Of a stretch of 64,000 bases of DNA, positions 60,391 through 64,000 are shown in pieces (position 1 is the first letter of the stretch; every line of letters starts with the position of its first letter). The translations under genes and the position numbers were made by a program. The DNA is from Verrucomicrobiia bacterium. Lineage in GTDB: Bacteria > Verrucomicrobiota > Verrucomicrobiia > JABWAM01. Below the pieces are notes generated by a model that was given only the letters and a program-made list of their open reading frames with translations, searched no databases and was not told the DNA's origin. Location: contig JAQUAF010000004.1 of the NCBI GenBank assembly GCA_028687435.1, forward strand, positions 66,344 to 130,343. The letters run 5' to 3'.

Positions 60391-60774
60391 CCAAAGTCCA
60401 AAGAGGCTCTTGCAAAACTACGATACTTGGCGTTGCAGCGGATTTTTTTCGCTGGGAAGGCGTGGAGCTTGGGCAATCCCTGCAACGGTGCCGCTTGTGC
60501 GGCACAAGCGATCCCGCCACAGCGGGACCGCCAGCGAAAACAAAGACGCGCAACCCTCTGGGCGACAACCGCTTTGGCCAACTCCGGCGTTGACCTCCTC
60601 GACTTCGCTCGGAACAAGTCGGCAGCTTGTCTCGCCGAAGCGCTCGGGCGAAGGCGGACCTGTCTCGCCGTAGCTTCTGAGCGAAGGCGGATCAAAGCCC
60701 ACTTTGGGGATTTTCCCGCCTCATCGCCTTGGATTTGGCCATAGCGGTTCATCGCGCCAAGCATCGTAGTTTTG
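60391..60774. repeat. 384-bp element bounded by 30-bp terminal inverted repeats (MITE-like); interior built from family-B repeat modules
   Basis: Left end GAGGCTCTTGCAAAACTACGATACTTGGCG (60391-60420). Right end (60745-60774) has the reverse complement GAGGCTCTTGCAAAACTACGATGCTTGGCG, a 29/30 match. The interior contains ..CTGTCTCGCCGAAGCGCTCGGGCGAAGGCGGA.. in inverted orientation. Confidence 0.65.
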
Positions 60775-60851
60775 CAAGAGCCTCCAAAGGCTGAAATTTG
60801 GGGAGGGCCCTTCGGCTTGATCTCCGCATTTTTGAATTTTTAATTGTGAAG

Positions 60852-62018
60852 ATGATGAATAAAAAAACGCATCGGGTGGCGGTGGTTGGCTGCGGCGCCC
60901 TGGCGCAGGGGGCGCATCTGCCCCACTGCCAGAGAAATCCGCGCGTGGAACTGGTGGCAACCTGCGACATCGACGCCGTCAACGCCGAGGCATGCCGGAA
61001 GAAATTCGGCGCCCAACGCGCTGAAAGCGATTGGCGGCGCGTGGTGGAAGCCCGGGACATCGATCTTTGCATCCTCTGCACCCACACCAATTTGCGCGGC
61101 GAATTCATCATCCCCGCCTTGGAATCCGGCAAGGCGGTTTACACCGAAAAACCACTGGCGCCCAATTTCCGCGAAATGACCGATATTGTCAAAGCCACCC
61201 GCCGCACCGGCCGCCCGGTCTGCGTCGGACACAACCGCCGGTCCAGTCCGGCCGTGCTGGAATTCAAACGATTGGCGGACAAAGCGCTCCACGGCGCCTC
61301 CTCCCGGCCCCCCACCGTAAATCGCATGGAACAGCGAAAGCTTTTGCCGGAGGAAAAACAGTTGCAAATCCTGATGCGGATCAACGATGACAGCCGCAGT
61401 TGGAAACCGTGGATTTTTTGGGATGCGGAAGGCATTCTCTTCGCTGAAATGGTTCACTTCATTGATCTGGCTCTCTGGCTCAACCCGGGACATCCTGTCC
61501 GCGCTTTTGCCGAAGGATCCCCCCGCGGCAATTTCAGCCTATTGCTCCGGTTCAACGATGGTTCCATCACCACCATCCAGCATACCATGGTGGGACACTT
61601 CGATTATCCCAAGGAACTGTTTGAAGCCACCGCCGGCTTCATCACCGTGGGCATGGATCAGCATCTGGAAGTCCGTCAATGGGGAATGAAAGACGAACCC
61701 GCGCAAAAATTTTTCCCCTACGCCCATGGTTGTGATTGGGCCGTCAAACAAGGCATGGCCGGTTATCTCCAGGAACTGGAAGCCGAAGTCCGGCAATCTG
61801 AGAAAACAGGAAAACAAGCCCGCTGGCTCAATGTGAACAAGGGCCACTACGAACAATTGGACCGCTTCCTCACCCATCTGGAAGGCGGGGGAGAAAACCC
61901 CTGTCCGGTGGATGGCGCGGTGGCGGTTAACCGGGTGGCCATGAAATTGCTGGAATCTGTCCGGCTCGGTCTGCCAGTAGCCATCACCCCGGAAGACTGG
62001 CATATTCCTGAACTCTGA
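60852..62018 (+). CDS. Gfo/Idh/MocA family NAD(P)-dependent oxidoreductase
   Basis: HRVAVVGCGALAQGAHLPH Rossmann start; EKPLA motif. The track start 60798 is an over-extension. Confidence 0.8.
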   Translation: MMNKKTHRVAVVGCGALAQGAHLPHCQRNPRVELVATCDIDAVNAEACRKKFGAQRAESDWRRVVEARDIDLCILCTHTNLRGEFIIPALESGKAVYTEKPLAPNFREMTDIVKATRRTGRPVCVGHNRRSSPAVLEFKRLADKALHGASSRPPTVNRMEQRKLLPEEKQLQILMRINDDSRSWKPWIFWDAEGILFAEMVHFIDLALWLNPGHPVRAFAEGSPRGNFSLLLRFNDGSITTIQHTMVGHFDYPKELFEATAGFITVGMDQHLEVRQWGMKDEPAQKFFPYAHGCDWAVKQGMAGYLQELEAEVRQSEKTGKQARWLNVNKGHYEQLDRFLTHLEGGGENPCPVDGAVAVNRVAMKLLESVRLGLPVAITPEDWHIPEL

Positions 62019-62076
62019 CGAGAATCAGCCTCAACCCAACTGAAGCGAAACCTCGCAATTCAAAAGAAAAAATTTA

Positions 62077-62240
62077 AATTAGGCCGGGCCCAAGGCCCGG
62101 CAACTGCTCGATCCGCCTTCGCCCAAGCGCTTCGGCGAGACAAGCGCACGACGCAAAAACGATCACTCAAAGGCGGGATACAACCGCCCAGAGCCGTTCC
62201 GCCTTCGTCTCTCATCGGACTACGGCGAGACAGGCCGGGA
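62077..62240. repeat. Long composite repeat (stop-proximal hairpin, family-B module and shared 80-bp module), paralog of 11866..12020 and 40245..40320
   Basis: AAATTAGGCCGGGCCCAAGGCCCGGCAACTGCTCGATCCGCCTTCGCCCAAGCGCTTCGGCGAGACAAGCGC..ACGATCACTCAAAGGCGGGATACAACCGCCCAGAGCCGTTCCGCCTTCGTCTCTCATCGGACTACGGCGAGACAGGCCGGGAGG. Confidence 0.8.
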
Positions 62241-62322
62241 GGCCGGCCCTCCATCATTTCGCAGCAAATGGAGGGCGGGGCTCCTGCACCGCTTTTTCCA
62301 ACAAACATTGAAATTCCTGACC
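62241..62322. repeat. Family-A repeat (left arm partial) plus tail
   Basis: GGCCGGCCCTCC..AAATGGAGGGCGGGGCTCCTGCACCGCTTTTTCCAACAAACATTGAAATTCCTGACC. Confidence 0.8.
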
Positions 62323-62384
62323 GACCCTCGCCTAAAGGCGAGGGGTTTACCCATCCCAAACAAGAGACTCTAAAATCCCGAATC

Positions 62385-63773
62385 ATGTCCAAACCAACCG
62401 ATATTCGTCCCATAGGCGCGGAATTGTATTTCCTGCCCGTTCACATGCGCGTGCCGCTCAAGTTTGGCGCGGAAACCATTCAGAAATGCCATTGCGGACG
62501 GGTCCGCATCCGGGTTCGCGACGCCAAAGGCAGGGAGGCGGACGGCTGGGGGGAAACCCCTCTGAGCGCGGCATGGGTGTGGCCAAGCAAACTCAGTTAC
62601 GACGAGCGGGAAAAAGCCATGATGGATTTCTGCCGGCAACTGGCCAAGGCATGGAGCGCTTTCGATTCCAGCGGACACCCCATGGAAGTCGGCCACGATT
62701 TCATGGAAAAACAACTGCCGCGGCTGCATCAGGAATTCAACCGTCAACGCGCCGCCGAACCCATGCCATGGCTTGGCGCCCTGGTCTGTTGCTCCCTCTT
62801 TGACCTGGCGTTGCACGACGCCTATGGAGCGCTTCATCAAACACTGGTTTACGACACTTATCACGCCGGTTTCATGAACCGGGATCTGGCTTCCTATCTT
62901 GAACCCGCGTCCGATACCCGGGTGTCTTTTGCCAGAAAATATCCGCGGGATTTTTTCCAGCTTCCCGCTCCCCAAAAGCTCACGGTCTGGCATCTGGTCG
63001 GCGGCAAGGATCCCCTTGATCCGTCCGAACTGGACGGTTCGGAGCCAAAGGACGGCTATCCCTCCCATCTGGTGGAATGGATTCAGCGCGACGGGTTGAA
63101 GTGTCTCAAGATCAAATTGCGGGGCAACGACGAGGCTTGGGATTACGACCGCTTGGCCAAAGTGGGCCGGATCGGCATTGAACAAGGCGTTCATTGGCTG
63201 AGCACGGATTTCAACTGCATGGTCACCGACCCCGCCTATGTCAACCGCATCCTGGACCGGCTCCTGCTGGAACATCCGCGGATTTACGGAATGATTCTCT
63301 ATGTCGAGCAACCCTTTCCCTACGAGTTGGAGGAACATCAAATTGACGTACACAGCGTTTCCGCGCGCAAACCCCTTTTCATGGATGAGAGCGCCCACGA
63401 CTGGCGGTTGATCAAACTTGGACGACAACTGGGCTGGACCGGCGTGGCGCTCAAGACCTGCAAAACCCAGACGGGCGCCCTTCTCAGCCTTTGCTGGGCC
63501 AAAGCCCATGGCATGACGCTCATGGTGCAGGATCTGACCAATCCCATGCTGGCCCAGATTCCGCACGTTCTTCTCGCCGCCCATGTCGGCACCATCATGG
63601 GGGTTGAATCCAACGCCATGCAATTCTGGCCCGACGAATCGAAACCCGAGGCGGCGGTTCATCCCGGCCTCTACCAGCGCCGCAACGGCATCCTTGATCT
63701 CGCCACGATTCGCGGCCCAGGCTTCGGATATCGCATGAACGAAATTCGCCGCCAACTCCCCGCTTCAACTTGA
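62385..63773 (+). CDS. Enolase-superfamily enzyme (mandelate racemase / muconate lactonizing enzyme-like)
   Basis: VHMRVPLKFGAETIQ..VRIRVRDAKGREADGWGE capping/N-terminal domain pattern. 463 aa from the ATG at 62385. The track start 62268 lies in a repeat. Confidence 0.65.
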   Translation: MSKPTDIRPIGAELYFLPVHMRVPLKFGAETIQKCHCGRVRIRVRDAKGREADGWGETPLSAAWVWPSKLSYDEREKAMMDFCRQLAKAWSAFDSSGHPMEVGHDFMEKQLPRLHQEFNRQRAAEPMPWLGALVCCSLFDLALHDAYGALHQTLVYDTYHAGFMNRDLASYLEPASDTRVSFARKYPRDFFQLPAPQKLTVWHLVGGKDPLDPSELDGSEPKDGYPSHLVEWIQRDGLKCLKIKLRGNDEAWDYDRLAKVGRIGIEQGVHWLSTDFNCMVTDPAYVNRILDRLLLEHPRIYGMILYVEQPFPYELEEHQIDVHSVSARKPLFMDESAHDWRLIKLGRQLGWTGVALKTCKTQTGALLSLCWAKAHGMTLMVQDLTNPMLAQIPHVLLAAHVGTIMGVESNAMQFWPDESKPEAAVHPGLYQRRNGILDLATIRGPGFGYRMNEIRRQLPAST

Positions 63774-63799
63774 TCCTCGCAACAACAGGCGGCGCGGAA

Positions 63800-63870
63800 T
63801 CCCCTCCCTCCATTTTCTTCCAGTTGGAAGTAGATGGAGGGCTGGCCTCCTGACCTGTCTCGCCGAAGTC
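63800..63870. repeat. Degenerate family-A-like repeat
   Basis: CCCTCCCTCCATTTTCTTCCAGTTGGAAGTAGATGGAGGGCTGGCCTCCTGACCTGTCTCGCCGAAG. Confidence 0.5.
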
Positions 63871-64000
63871 CATGGGACAAAGGAACACCCAGGGGTAAAA
63901 AGGTACACCTTCGCAAAAGTGCATTTTATGACCGCAACGGGTATATGTGTACAGGAGGCTACCGTTATTTTTCGTACCATTGTGAATGTACCATGCCAAA

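Noticed and set aside
4375-62330. Possibility that the recurring hairpin repeats are a CRISPR array
   Set aside because: Copies are dispersed over 60 kb in separate intergenic regions, are internally palindromic with variable loops, are not arranged as regularly spaced direct repeats with unique spacers, and no cas genes are present.
62370-63755. 461-aa minus-strand ORF
   Set aside because: Antisense to the enolase-superfamily gene, which has recognisable MR/MLE motifs on the plus strand.

Overview
GC-rich (~58-60%) bacterial chromosomal window. Two prepilin-type proteins carrying the H-X9-DG motif, with secreted hydrolases beside them, point to the PVC superphylum (Planctomycetes/Verrucomicrobia/Lentisphaerae), possibly an anaerobic glutamate fermenter. 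Contents, left to right: (1) housekeeping and regulatory genes: partial sugar-binding protein, recA, adenylate kinase-like, a cNMP-binding membrane protein, mutL, an ECF sigma operon, nrdR, an AraC regulator, a URO-D family protein, tsaB/tsaE, a PilT-like ATPase and fcl. (2) A complete Clostridium-type glutamate mutase / methylaspartate operon (GntR-glmS-glmL-glmE-mal), followed by an AtuA-like (DUF1446) gene, a DUF4387 gene and an HprK-like P-loop gene rather than a recognisable mesaconase. (3) A LacI-headed cluster of H-X9-DG pilin-like proteins and large secreted multidomain metallophosphoesterase, lectin and glycoside-hydrolase-like proteins. (4) A two-gene, four-module NRPS biosynthetic cluster (about 16 kb; C-A-T-C-A-T, then TubC-like docking domain-C-A-T-C-A-T-E-TE-T-TE), with a STAS protein, an MFS exporter and small membrane proteins alongside. 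The two NRPS genes share a 1.3-kb, >99.8%-identical adenylation-domain segment. Intergenic spaces, including spaces inside the glutamate mutase operon, are densely populated by a mosaic family of REP/MITE-like hairpin repeats (core GGCGGTGCGGGAGCCCCGCCCTCC...GGAGGGCGGGGCTCCCGCACCGC). Several automatically called ORFs start falsely inside these repeats. No rRNA, tRNA or CRISPR array was recognised.
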